Positions 12,914 to 25,175 of a DNA stretch of 64,000 nucleotides are shown here, piece after piece. The notes below the pieces were generated by a model. The model was not told where the DNA came from, searched no databases, and worked only from the letters and a program-made list of their open reading frames with translations. Positions within the stretch are counted from its first letter, which is position 1. Each line of letters starts with the position of its first letter. The position numbers and the translations under genes were made by a program. The stretch comes from Heteronotia binoei (taxonomy: Eukaryota): assembly GCF_032191835.1 (NCBI RefSeq), contig NC_083229.1, positions 107,260,001 to 107,324,000 on the forward strand, given 5' to 3'.

Positions 12914-13889
12914 GGTGACCGCTCTGAGACTCAGAATATAGGGTGGGATATAAATCCAGTATCTTCTTTCTCTTAGCTCCTTGCCTATTTAAGCTGGAAA
13001 TTCTCAAGCTATAGCCAATTATTCTTGAAGGATGGCTATAAATTTAATACACACCTTGTGCATACTTGACACTGAAATACGACTATAGGTGGGTTTGAAA
13101 ATGGGACCTATTTTTTTTTTAAACCAGTAATGATATGAAGTCACACTTTTCAAATAGCTGGTCTGGAGGCAGAATTAAAATGTTAGAACAGAAACAGAAC
13201 CCCTGCCACCTGTACTTCAGTTGTATGTCCTGCCCTCCCCTTTATCTGGAAGCATTTGACAAAAATATGTCATGAGGCTATATCATTCCCTGCATGGCAC
13301 AGTCAGTGACAGAAGGTGGGAGCAGAAATACACTGTGCAGAGATATCCCAGTCTAAACTAATTGACTGCAGTGGGTTTAGCCTGGAGTAATTCTGTCTAG
13401 GAGTGTACTTTTAAAGATGTAAAATTTCAGAAAAATCTCAAGCCTGCTGGAAAAAAGGTTGTTCTCTTTCTCTAGAAAAATGGAAATTCAGGAAAAATCA
13501 AAATATATGTAAAACTTTCTTATGCAGTTTAAAATTGTTTCCCTGCATAGGGAAACAGTTTAAGGAACCCACAGGGACATAGTTCCAGCTGGCTTGGTGT
13601 CAGAGGTGTGGTCTAATATGCAAATGAGTTCCTGCTGGGCTTTTCTTACATATTTATAGAATCTGAAAATATAACAGGGCCATCTTATGCTTACACCCTT
13701 CTAAGCCCGCTGACTTCAATGGATTTAGAAGGGTGTGAACTCTTTTTAGGATTGCTTCGGAAATGACTCACTACAGAATCATGCAGGGAACACTTTGTAC
13801 AAAATTACACTGTTTTCTACAAACAAAATTGTGCAAACACATCAAGTATTAGAGCACTGAAAACCACTACACCCTTAGTTACCTTAGAA

Positions 13890-14315
13890 CAGTGGTCCCC
13901 AACCTTTCTGGCATCAGGGACTGGTTTTGTGGAAGACAATTTTTCCACGGACCAGGGGAGGGGGGGATGGCTTCAGGAGTGATACAACTGTGCACTTTGT
14001 TTCCATTAGTTTGGTGTGGTGGTTAAGTGTGCGGACTCTTATCTGGGAGAACCAGGTTTGATTCCCCACTCCTCCACTTGTAGCTGCTGGAATGGCCCTG
14101 GGTCAGCCATAGCTCTCGCAGGAGTTGTCCTTGCAAGGGCAGCTATTGTAAGAGCCCTCATAGCCCCACCCACCTCACAGGGTGTTTGTTGTGGGGGAAG
14201 AAGATTGTGAGCTGCCCTGAGATTCTGAAATTCGGCGTGAAGGGCAGGATATTAATCCAATGTCATCAGGCCATGGACTGGTACAGGTCCATGGCCCGGG
14301 AATTGGGGATCCCTG
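13890..14315. mobile_element. hAT (Charlie-like) MITE containing a Squam3-like SINE
   Basis: Termini CAGTGGTCCCCAAC / TTGGGGATCCCTG. Perfect 8-bp TSD CCTTAGAA. Confidence 0.88.
14008..14262 (+). mobile_element. Squam3C-like SINE nested in a MITE
   Basis: TTTGGTGTGGTGGTTAAG (A box), GGTTTGATTCCCC (B box), CORE-like body and an L2-like tail. Confidence 0.88.
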
Positions 14316-14323
14316 CCTTAGAA

Positions 14324-14567
14324 GAAAAAGAGTTGGATATTTATACCCTTCCTTTCACTACCAGAAGGAGTCTCAAAGTGGCTCACAGTTGCCTTCCCTT
14401 CCTCCCCCCACAACAAATACCTTGTGAAGTGAGTGGGGCTAAGAGAGAGAGAGCTCTGACTGACCCAAGGTCACCCAGCTGGCTTTTTTGTGGGAGAGAG
14501 GGGAATCAAACCTGTTTCTCCAGATTAGAGTTCATCACTCTTAACCACTATACCACACTGGCTCTTA
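14324..14567 (-). mobile_element. Squam3-like SINE, older subfamily
   Basis: Reverse orientation: ...GAGTCTCAAAGTGGCTCACA...GGGAATCAAACC...AACCACTATACCACACTGGCTCT. Confidence 0.85.
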
Positions 14568-15399
14568 GCATATGTATCTTAGTTTTTGCCATCTGAAAGT
14601 TTGACAATACAGAATTCAAACGTTGTTATTTAAAGAGAAACAGCCTCATAGAGTCACAGTAACAGTAGAAACATATCTGAATATTAAGTAAAACTTTATA
14701 ACATTGAAAACAATAAACTCTTCAACAGTGTATTATCTTCATACGCACTGTGGCATACTAAATGTGGACAAAATTAGTCACATTCAGGCCTTGAATTCAG
14801 CAGGAGCTCACAGGAGCACAGCTCTTGAACCTTTCTGAGGGTTTCCCCTCTTCCTCCCCACCTACCTACGTTGTCCATTGAATAGTAGGTGCAGCTGTAT
14901 AACAATCCCTGGATGAGCTCCACCACTTATTTTTCTACAAAATGACCCCTGGTCACATTCAAATAAGATGTGCATTCTTTTTTTTTTAAATGCATTCTTG
15001 AAAATACTGATATGTTTACAACCTTTTTGAGCCTGTGGGTACCTTTGATATTCTGAAACAGCACAGTGAGCACAGGCACAAAATGGCAGCATACAAGGAT
15101 TGCCAGGAAGACAGAACCAGGCAAACAGTGACTGCTGCAGGAAGTGGAGTGCCACAGCTTATCTTCACTCATACAGTGAAGATCTTTGTGCTATGGTGGC
15201 AACTGCTGCTGAAGCAATGTGCACAGCCAATCAAATCTCCAGTACCAGTCATAAGCTGGGCAAAGGATTCTCTAAACCCACTCTCTAAAAATACTTGGGG
15301 GGCACCAGAAAATGTGTCTGTAGGTACTATGCGTGGGGAAGCCTTTTCTAGACTATCTTATGTTCAAATCCTCATACTATGCAGTTTGAGCAATTAAAA

Positions 15400-16638
15400 C
15401 AGGGGTGTTGAACTCATTTGTTATGAGGGCCGGATTTGACATAAATGTTGGGGCACAGACACACAAAGATTTTTTTTTTTGCTTAAAATAAAAGATGCTT
15501 AAAATATTAGACCGCTTGCAATATTTTGTTTTACAGTCTCTGATAAATGTCACCTCTTGCTATGGATTATTGCATCAAAAACTGCAGACAATGTCTGTGC
15601 TGTACCAGTCTTGAATATGTGCTGTTCAGGTGTGCACATCTGTAAGTTGCAAACCTACTTTTCATTCATTGACATTCATTACAGACATCTCATGGTCAAT
15701 GCTTTGAGCCTAAGACCCAGAGGAACATGAAGTAGCTGGACACTGTGAGCTTTTGTACAGGAGTTGCTTCACGCACTAGTCAAGAACATGTGAAGGCACC
15801 ATTGCACAGACTGAGGGCTATGTGCTTGTCTATAAAACTATAATTTCCCCCAGAAAAATGACTACAACTAAAGAAAAAATACAACTTCCCCCCCAAAAAA
15901 CAACTACAAGAACAGAGAGACAGCCATGTACAGTGGTCAGTGTCAGCCTACTATCTGGGAAGTCTAAATCCAAGACCCCCAATCAAAGGAAAATGTGAAA
16001 GAAAAAAATAAGGAAAATTTGCTGGGTAAACCTGGGGTGGAACACACTCACAGCCTAATGCTGATATTTCTCTTCTAAATAGTTCACCTGCTTTCCTATT
16101 GAGAAAGACTGGAAGGAATGAGTACAGTGAAAAAGAGGAGGGGAACCCAGCTACAAGCCCAACAAAACTCTCTCTTTCTCTCTGTAGCAAGGCAAAAAGC
16201 TCATACCTTCACTAAAACGTTACTAGTCTTAAAAGCATTCTTTGTAGCTCTCCTGATGGTGGGAACTGGGCAAAGGAAGCTCTGGCTCTTTCTTTCCTTT
16301 CCCAGGGCAGGAGGAGGGGGAGGAGCCTCAGTCATTTATTAGAAGGAAGAGAGGCTTGTCTCAGTAGCTTTGCAGAGTGATTAATTGAGCCTGGCAAACT
16401 TAATCACCCAGCAGAGCTATAGAGTCAAGTTTCCTCATTGGCTGAGGCTGCTCCTCCCTTTGGGGGGGAGAGGGAAAGGCTGCTTTGCTGCTCTGGCCTG
16501 TTGGGGGAGAAACACAAAATGGCGACCAAAAAAGCAGGCAAGGGCAAATGAAGCAGATGACAGGCAGTTGCTGAAGGACCTAATTGGAGCCATCTGTGGG
16601 CCTGATCTGGCCTGTGGGCCGTATGTTTGACGCCCATG
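15400..16638 (+). mobile_element. CAGGGGTGTC-family hAT element pieces (about 15400-15760 and 16190-16638)
   Basis: The start matches 32815 (CAGGGGTGTTGAACTCATTTGTTATGAGGGCCGG) and the end is TTTGACGCCCATG. The flanks do not form a TSD. Confidence 0.6.
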
Positions 16639-16972
16639 TTCACCACACGTTTAATCTCTAGAACTTTGTCTTAGAAAGCATTTCACTCATTTTAAAAAGG
16701 GAATAACTCACAGGAGATTTTTTTTCTGTGCTTCCCAAATTTTTCACTCAGAGATTGCTGGGATGAAGCCTCAGGACTTCCTAGGGTTCCCAGTCCCACA
16801 CTGGGGGCCAAGTTTTTCCTGATTTTTCCCGATCCTGCTGTCCTTAATGTTTTAAATGGTTTAAATGTTTTAATTATTTTAACTGTTTATATGCTTAAAC
16901 CTTATTTATGTGAGATTCTATGTTGTGAGCCGCCCTGAGCCACTTGCTGGGAAGGGCGGGATATAAATCATA

Positions 16973-16975
16973 AAA

Positions 16976-17026
<51 letters not shown>

Positions 17027-17028
17027 AT
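16973..17028 (+). repeat. (AAAT)14 microsatellite forming the tail of an L2 3' end
   Basis: Perfect repeat directly after TGAGCCGCCCTGAGCC...AGGGCGGGATATAAAT (16925-16970). Confidence 0.95.
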
Positions 17029-18174
17029 TTTGGAGCCTCCAACTCGCCAGGCCAGTGGAAGGAGCCCTGCCCCCAGAGAGGTCCATCAGTGCCTGACAGA
17101 ATAATGTAATATGGAACTGACATCATTACGCCAGACATGTTGTGTGGGGGCACTCTAGGGGTAAAAAAACCCCTCTATGGCATCCCCCCCCGGACAACCC
17201 TAGGACTCTCCCACTTTTTTATTTCTTTCTGAGCATCCACATCTCTCTCTAGTCAGAGCAGCACAGATGCAAACCATTTCTATGTAAGCAGTAACGAACC
17301 AGCCCCAGAAATCCTTCTGCCATACTGCTGTCTACAACGTAAACACACCGATGTGCAGCTGTCACTGTTCTGAGAAAGATTCTCTTTCTTTCCTGCTGCA
17401 ATCAATTACACGGTCCCACTACTGCTTATTTGCTAGGACCCTCCAACATGTTTTAATCAGATATTACAGAATTAATAAGCTGCTTGTTTTGTAATTTAGA
17501 GACACCCTGCCCAGAAAACCTGAGAGCCAGGCCACACTGTTCCAGGTTTAACATGACACAAAAATTACAGTGCCTCCAATTCAGGCACAGCAGCTGTTCC
17601 ACATGTCAAAACGAATAAGCAGCACTCGGGCATAACAAAAGCTCCGTGGTGCCGCTGCTCCATTCTAACGAGGCTGATGAAATACACAGAGGCAAACACC
17701 GAAGTCACACAAGACGGGATTCTGTCCTGTTTGACAAACAAGGTGGCACGGAGGCATCCCTCTATTGCAGGGATTCTCTAAGTACGTGCCAAGGGCCAGG
17801 AAATACCAGCATGCCACCAAAGCAGCTGGCGTGCCTCAAAAAATTAAGCAGCATCTGGGAGCTTCAATGGTCCAGGAAGAAGCCACACCAAGTGAACCCT
17901 TCAATCCTGTGAGCCTGTAATGCAAGGGCCAGTCAAGTTCAGTCCCTTCAGTAGCTACAGCAACTGAGGCCAGCTCTCCAGGTGCCTCCTCCTGCATCAC
18001 TACTCTGGAGGTATCTGATCACCTGACACCAGTTGTAACTGCTGAGCAGGTTCCTGCAGTGCTGGTGCAGAGCTGTTGGGTCTTGGCTTTGCTTGTTCCT
18101 GGTTGCCAGTGGCCCTTTGGGAACTTTCCCAATCAGTTACGTGGCTAGTTTGCTTCTGAACAATATGTTGGATG

Positions 18175-18356
18175 CAGGGCTTTTTTTGTAGCAGGAACTC
18201 CTTTGCATATTATGCTACACACTCCTGATGTAGCCAATCCTCCAAGAACTTACAGTGCTCTTCTTACAGGGTCTACTGTAAGCCCCTGGATGACTGGCTA
18301 CATCAGGGGTATGTGGCCTAATATGCAAAGGAATTTCTGCTACTAAAAAAGCCCTG
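18175..18356. mobile_element. Palindromic hAT MITE, CAGGGCTTTTT family
   Basis: 182-bp near-palindrome with termini CAGGGCTTTTTT / AAAAAAGCCCTG. Perfect 8-bp TSD GTTGGATG. Confidence 0.92.
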
Positions 18357-18921
18357 GTTGGATGCATCCACTCTCCTCACAGTGGGGAGATGCCATGCAG
18401 AGCTCCCTTCCCCAGCAATACTGGCAGTGACCTTACCCTGAAGGCCAGAGTAAGGATGTCCTGATGCCACCTATACTGTGCTGATGAGAAAATTCTAGAA
18501 GCATCATCATTATCCCTAAAATCCTAGGAGCATCACCACTACACCAAAATTTATTTGTTAGATTTATATCCCGCCCTCCCCACAGGTGGGATCAGGTCAG
18601 GTAACAAAAAAAAGAACTTGTTCACTGTATTCCTAGCTGATGACTGTCCATTTTAATTTTAACTGTTTTAAATTCATTATGTGTTTTATTTGATGTAATC
18701 TGCCCTGAGCCTGCTTGCAGGGAAGGTGGAATATAAAGTGACAAAAATAAACAAAAATAAACCAACTTACAGAGCTGTCAAAACAAATTATCACAACAAA
18801 TAACGTAAAATCATTTAAAATATGGGGAAATTATACATTAATTTATAAGGTTCCAAAAAGCTAGCTAAATGACAGACTAACGAATAACAGCAGAAACAAC
18901 GGTAGCATCTCTACATAAAAA

Positions 18922-19115
18922 AGGTAACGGTAGTATCTTGTGCAAGCACCAAGTCATTACTGACCCATGGGGTAACATCACATCACAACGTTTTCTTGGC
19001 AGACTTTTTACGGGGCAGTTTGCCATTGCCTTCCCCAGTCACCTACACTTTACCCCTGGCAAGCTGGGTACTCATTTTACTGACCTCGAAAGGATGAAAG
19101 GCTGAGTTAACCTTG
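18922..19115 (-). mobile_element. Sauria SINE 3' fragment
   Basis: Similar to 62520-62720: GCAAGCACC...GCAGACTTTTTACGGGG...TTTGCCATTGCCTTCCCCAGTC...GAAGGCTGAGT. Confidence 0.85.
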
Positions 19116-19129
19116 CATAGGCAGATGTA

Positions 19130-19530
19130 ATAAGGCAATCTGCAACAAGGGAGGCCAGATGATTGGGCATCTGATGCCTCAACCCAACGCCTGGTGGAAC
19201 AGCTCCCTTTTACAGGCCCTGCAAAACTGTAATAAGTCTTGCAGAGCCTTACTCTCAAACAGGAGCATGTTCCACCAGATGGGGGTCAGGACAGAAAAGG
19301 CTAAGAGGACGTCGAGGCTAAAGAGATGTCCTTTGGGCTGGGGACAGTCAGTAGATATTGATCAGCAGAGTGCAAGGACCTTCAAGGAACACATGGGGAG
19401 AGATGGTCTCTTAAATATGTCAGTCCCAGGCCACATAGGGCTTTAAGGTTAATTCCATCCCCTTGAAATGGATCTGGTACTCAATCACAGTGTACAGCAA
19501 GGAGGAGTCCCCTCTAATAAACGTGTCTTG
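19130..19530 (-). mobile_element. Degenerate L2 C-terminal fragment
   Basis: Reverse-strand L2 hallmarks ACAGGCCCTGCAAAA, GTTCCACCAGATGGGGG and CCAGGCCACATAGGGCTTTAAGGT. Confidence 0.65.
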
Positions 19531-20617
19531 CTTGATTTGTGGAATTATGTCAAAAAGACACCCCAAGTTCTGACTTGACATATCTGAACTTCAACAATGA
19601 ATTTTACTATATCCATCACCTTTGAATGATCTCTGTCTGCAAAACCGTTTCCCAGGAAATAGGGAGCAAACGTGAGAGGAAACGCCAAGCATTCATCTTG
19701 ATGGAATGCCAGGTGCTCTCTGTTTATATTCTACCACTTCAATTAGATTCCTCCCCTCCCTCTGAGTCTGAAGTACCTTCAGCTCTTGGCTATACATCTG
19801 CCAGACATGCTGACAAATAACCAATGATCCACTGCATTTTTTATTAGATAATTATGCCAACAAACAAACAAACTTGGCAGCGAGGGAGTGAGCTGTGCTA
19901 ATGACTGAGCCTCCATTCAAATGACTGTGGCAAAACTGCAGAAGTTTATTCGTGGATATGGCATTCTGCAAGGGAAAGGAATGCTTTTAGGGCACAGGCC
20001 CCTGGAAAGATTGCCTGTGGAAACTGGAAATATCCATCTGACAGGCCTCTGACTGTGTACACCTGTTCTTTGCTTGTGGTCTGAACTATGCAGGCCTGCA
20101 CTCCAGAAAGGAATCGATTGTTTCATCCTTTCCAGCTCTCTGTTTGGCTTGGGATGGAGCAAGGCATTATTCTTAGCTTAAGAGTCAAAAATTCTAGCCC
20201 AATTACCAGTTAATTTATCCTTAAAAAGATATTTATCTATCTATTGATTGATTGATTGGCAAACTGGACGTTATCTTAAATGCTAAATAAGATGTTCTAC
20301 AATGTTATGTATACCATAGTACTTTATGCATAGTAGAATTCTGTTATATACGGAATTAATCTACTTGATACTACTTCACCCAACAAAGTTCTGTATAACT
20401 TGGGGATTTTTAAAATAAACTTATCATATGTTAAAAAAAATCTGTGAAACATCTGAAGGTCACCTTGATATACAATGTTTCGCAGAGTGTTGTTCCAAGT
20501 TCCTTTCTTTCTTAAAAATTTATAGACATTAGCGGACAGTGTTACATTTATCCAGAAATCATGGCCAATGCATGAAATAAAATGTAAAAGATTTCACTAG
20601 TAACGATTGCCCTGAAC

Positions 20618-20800
20618 AGATAGCCCAGGCTAGCTTGATCTCATAATCTTGAAAGGTAAGCAGAAACAGCCCTAGTACTTGAATGGGAACCGCTGTGGAA
20701 ATCCCAGGTTGCTACACAGAGGTAAGCAATGGCAAACTGTCTCTGAATGTCTTTTGCCTTGAAAGCTCTACAGGATAACCATAACTTGACTTTGACTTAA
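20618..20800 (+). mobile_element. 5S rRNA-derived SINE (5S-Sauria-like)
   Basis: Eroded 5S head (CTTGATCTC...AAGCAG...TAGTACTTGAATGGGA) followed by GCAATGGCAAAC...TTGCCTTGAAA. Confidence 0.7.
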
Positions 20801-21881
20801 TGCCCCCCCAAAGTAACTATCATGAGTCTCTTTTCCAGAAACATAAAAGGGATTAAATTTTAAAGTTAGCAACGAGGTGCATAGAGAGATACCACCAAAG
20901 AGAAATGAACTGGAGAACATATTGCCAGCTGTTCAGCATTTGCCTAAGCAAGACTTAAGCAACTAACCTATACAAGTGACATTGCATCTAACAAGCCAAA
21001 TGCAGCTCACCTTGAGCTTAACAGCCCTCTGCTTTTGCTCTCTGCTTGGGTCAGAGTTCACAAACATCCGGTAGGTCACATGCCACACAAACCAGACAAC
21101 CCAGACACATGCCACACAAACATCCAAGACAAAGATGTTGCTCTTCAACTAGGACTCTAGGATCTTAAAATTAATCAACAAAGCTAAATACCCCCCAATG
21201 CTTCTCATTATGAAAAATCATGGATATTTTCCCTCTTAAAAAGGAAACATGAGAAATTACACTGAACACAACTGCAAAATATCGTATGATGCACACAACT
21301 GGCATTTAATACAAACAATTGGCATTGATGGTATAACCAACCAAAAACTCTTATTTAACAACAGTGACACCACGGAAAGGAGCAGTGGAGCAATTTGTTG
21401 TACCTTTTGGTTTTATTCCTCAAGAATACCAATATTGCTTATTTATGCAGAGAGTCACCACTAAGGAATAGTGTTCAGTATTTCTGGTCTGAATATATAC
21501 CTGGAAAAAACTTATTGTGCAGGTTTCTAAAATATATATTTAGGTAGCCAGGTGAATTTGGGATTTTCCAAAGTATCAGGAAATGGGTTCCTCAAAGTTC
21601 CAGAAACATCTGGAAATCTCTCATAATATTTGGGGGGAAGTGATGAATTTTAAGGCTCCCAGAACTGTTTTTTTTCCCCAGTTTTCCAGTGTATCTGTAT
21701 CAGCATATTATTGTCAGAACTTGCCATTGGCTTGCCTGGTTGCTTTGGCTTGGATTCTGAAATTTGCAATGAATTCTGTTGGTCCTGAAACAGCGTCCCT
21801 TGTTTAAGCTGGTTTGTGCTTTAGATTCTTTGGCTTGGATACTCTGGTTTGACATTTGTTAAACTTGCAACTGTGTTCCTT

Positions 21882-22095
21882 GGGGAGGGACGGTGGCTCA
21901 GTGGTAGAGCATCTGCTTGGTAAGCAGAAGGTCCCAGGTTCAATCCCTGGCATCTCCAAAAAAGGGTCCAGGCAAATAGGTGTGAAAAACCTCAGCTTGA
22001 GACCCTGGAGAGCCGCTGCCAGTCTGAGTAGACAATACTGACTTTGATGGACCAAGGGTCTGATTCAGTATAAGGCAGCTTCATATGTCATATGT
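21882..22095 (+). mobile_element. tRNA(Ala)-derived SINE with a CR1-type tail (Squam2-like)
   Basis: Head GTGGCTCAGTGGTAGAGC...GGTTCAATCCCTGGCATCTCCA. Tail TCTGATTCAGTATAAGGCAGCTTCATATGTCATATGT. Confidence 0.85.
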
Positions 22096-23129
22096 CCAAG
22101 TTGGCTTGGCTGGATTCTCTGATTGGACATTGGTTGTGTTAGCCTTGCCACACTGGCCCATGGTTCTTCTGGGATTCCTTGGTTCCACACTGGTTCTATT
22201 GGGCTTTTTAGTTCTGTTTGTATTGGGAGGCTTTGGCTAGTGGTTGCCTGACTTGCTCTTGCGTGCTTGGCTATTCTTTGCCCTGGAGAGAGCATGGAAT
22301 TCTGCCCCCACACATATAGGAAATAATGTAGGATGGAAGGTGTCACCTTGTTCAGTGACCCATAGAATTAGACCCCTTCATCCCATCTACTTATGTTCTT
22401 ATTGGTTTGGCTTGTGTTTAGTTACTTTTTCTCACTGTTTTAGCAGTGAGCCTGTGATTCTGGTGAAGCGGTACATAAAATTTCTAAACAAGCGAGTTTC
22501 TTGAATAATGTACCTTTGTTTTGTTTATTGCTATGTTGCAAGGACGTTGTATGTTTATACAATGTCATAAGCACTTGGATTTATGAGCCATGAATACTGA
22601 GCTTGGCAAAGAACAATGTTAAAAGAGAAGCAGTTGCAAGGCTACTTTATTGCTGCAGAACAAAATACAATCTGGAGGGGCAAATGACTTTTATATAGCA
22701 CACAATTTGGCAGAGTTCAAGAACGCTTTCATGGAAAATTAAAAGCAGCATCGCTTTAAGGCATTTCAAAACACAGGCCAAATGTCTGAACATGTGATGG
22801 AAACTCTGCCTAGCTGCATAACTGGAGTCCTGATATCCAAGTGTTTGATTTACTAGGTCTGTTGACTATCTTAAGCTAGAACATCATGTTAGAAACTCAG
22901 GCAGGGGAGGTAGGCCTTAACCATAGTTATCACATTCAATATACAGAGTTTCTGCAGGCCACTCGAGTGTGACAAAAAGACAACTTAGTCCACAGAGTAC
23001 CAGCTGTTACCTGTAGCTCAATCCATCTAAATCAGATTATAGGGCAGGAAAATACGTTTTTTGGGGGCTTTTTAAGAGAAATGCTGACCAATTTATTCAA
23101 AAGATTTTAACAATACTTAAGATCTTTTT

Positions 23130-23335
23130 TTTGGCCGCTGAGTGGCAGCTGACTTAAGGGCATCCCTGTGGGATTTTCAAGGCAAGAGATGCGCAGAGGT
23201 GGTTTGCCAGTGCCTGCCTCCGCTTCACAATCCTGCTATTCCTTGGTGGCCTCCCTTCCAAATATTGAGCAGGTCTGGCCCTGCTGAGCTTCCAAGATCT
23301 GGCAAAATCAAGCTAGCCCAGGCTAAGGTCTTAAG
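23130..23335 (-). mobile_element. 5S rRNA-derived SINE
   Basis: Reverse complement of the 24975 copy: TTTTCAAGGCAAGAG...GGTTTGCCAGTGCC...TTCCTTGGTGG...GCTGAGCTTCCAAGATCTG. Confidence 0.75.
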
Positions 23336-24611
23336 TCAAACAAAAGTTAGAAATCTACCAAAAATACATGTACCAATAAGAACAACATGACAGATTTTCC
23401 CCCACGTTGAAGTCTACATTGGTCATTTTTTATCATCATCAGAAAAATCCATCCATAAATAAGAGGATATTCATAAATATTCACACAGGAAGTTATGCCA
23501 TCACTCTAGAAACATCCAGGTGACACTCTGGTATTTGGGCAAAAACTCCATGGTAGAAGCTGGTTTTGCCATAGAGTTTTTGCCCAAATACCAGAGTGTC
23601 ACCCAAATACCAGCACTCTGTAAACATTACATGGCGCATCCTGATGCCCTTACGGGGTGGAGGGAGCTTGAAAGACAGCTTCGTATTTTATCACTATCAA
23701 TAATCTCATCATGGCTGATAATCTCATCTCTTACCAAAATGCATCACATCATACTTTCCCCTCACATATCTCCATTCTTTGCAGCGCCCTTTCCTGTTGT
23801 CTGTTAACATACTCACACACTTTAACTACATAGCTAAAAGTACCATGCAAGTACATGACACCAGAAGCAAAGAGAACATTTCAGTAGCCCATTTTCATAT
23901 GCCATCATGCAAACGGAATTATCCTGAGGAGAAAGGGCTGGTATGGATCTGCCTTTCCCTTCCAATATAAGCAAAACTAGCAATATTTCTGTATGGCCTT
24001 ATTAGTTACACAAATTTACCTCAAAGCATAAACTCTCTGACATGAAACACCAGACGAGCAACAAAGCCACACTTGAAAATTTTTATTCAGTACGGCGTCC
24101 CTTCAGTGTTCCAATGCTGATCTGATGGTTTGTGTTTCTCTTCTTGAGGCCTGCCAGATCTCTGGACAAAATGCTTCATTCCAAGGGACAAATTACTTAC
24201 TGGCACCTGCTCAAGGCAGGCTCCTATTTATTTTCAGCTGAGTCCCCTCAAATGCTGTTAACAAAAAGCTTACTCTGACAATGTGAGTCTATAGTTCAGT
24301 AACTGAGAACTGGTAACATTGTTTTCATGATGAACACCAACAAGTGCAGGAGGAGAGGGAAAGGCAGAGTCTCCTCATTCCCAAAACTCCAGTGTGCTCA
24401 ACTGACAGTCGTATTAAAGGATATTCACTGTCTTTTCACAGGATCACATCATGTCAATTTTCATGTGGGATGCCGCCCATTTGAAAGTGTCTCTGATCAA
24501 ATACTTACTAGTGCAGAGTTAAAGCTACTTTCAAAAACTTCATTATGTTTTGAAACAAGGGTTGCTTTTCATCAAACACTTAATGACAATGGCAGACATA
24601 TATGGCAGGAA

Positions 24612-24827
24612 AAATGTTCCCTCTAAGTTGCAGAATCTTGTGAGCAAAAATTCTACGTTGTGAGCCACTGGCATTAAAGTTGTGAGCTACTGGCATTAAA
24701 GTTGTGAGCTACTGCATAAATTATTGTGCTCTAGGGTCATCCTTCCTGAGCTAAGACAAAAATGTGTGAGCTGGAGGCTAAAAATCTGTGAGCTAGCTCA
24801 CGCTCACTCAGCTTAGAGGGAACACTG
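24612..24827. mobile_element. hAT-type MITE, CAGTGTTCCCTCTAAG TIR, with an internal 21-bp tandem repeat
   Basis: TGTTCCCTCTAAG / CTTAGAGGGAACACTG. TGTGAGC(C/T)ACTGGCATTAAAGT occurs about 2.5 times. Flanks GGCAGGAA / GACAGGAC (6/8). Confidence 0.75.
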
Positions 24828-24974
24828 GACAGGACTATACCAGCTCCAGTAATGAATACTTGACTCAGCCAACCGAAAACCACACTGAATTGCAATGTAG
24901 AATTTCACACATTTTGCAATACAATGGCTCAATTCAAGTCATCAAACAAAACCATAGACTAACTACCCTGACAA

Positions 24975-25175
24975 GGATAGCCCAGTCTAGCCTGATCTTG
25001 TCAGATCTCAAAAGCTAAGCGGAGTCAGTCCTAGCTGGGATTTGAATGGGAAACCACCAAGGAATACCAGGGTCACTACGCAGAGGAAGGCAATGGCAAA
25101 CCCCCTCTCTGAAGATCTTTTGCCTTGAAAACTCTATGGGGTCACTATAAGTCAGCAATAAACTAACGGACTAAC
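24975..25175 (+). mobile_element. 5S rRNA-derived SINE
   Basis: GCCTGATCTTGTCAGATCTCAAAAGCTAAGC...GAATGGGAAACCACCAAGGAATACCAGGGT aligns to 5S rRNA (GCCCGATCTCGTCTGATCTCGGAAGCTAAGC...GGATGGGAGACCGCCTGGGAATACCGGGT). A Sauria-like body and BovB-like tail follow. Confidence 0.85.

Larger units (their letters stand above)
11545..12972 (+). mobile_element. Squam3-like SINE split by a CR1 and a hAT MITE
   Basis: Head ...TAGTGGTTAAG (to 11570), body TGTGCAGACTCTTATCTGGGAGAA (12551-12753) and tail GTGACCGCTCTGAGACTC...GGATATAAAT (12914-12972). Confidence 0.85.

Noticed and set aside
15400-16638. A single intact hAT element
   Set aside because: The flanks AATTAAAA and TTCACCAC do not form a TSD and the middle 400 bp is unrelated, so it is kept only as fragments.
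18481-18500. CTGATGA as a second hammerhead core
   Set aside because: No stem II followed by GAAA at the right spacing.
21887-21958. tRNA gene with anticodon GGT
   Set aside because: The acceptor stem is mispaired, the head continues directly into a SINE body and tail, and the second copy has a different anticodon loop.
24975-25075. 5S rRNA gene
   Set aside because: Diverged, lacks the true 5S 5' end and terminator, and is fused to a SINE body.
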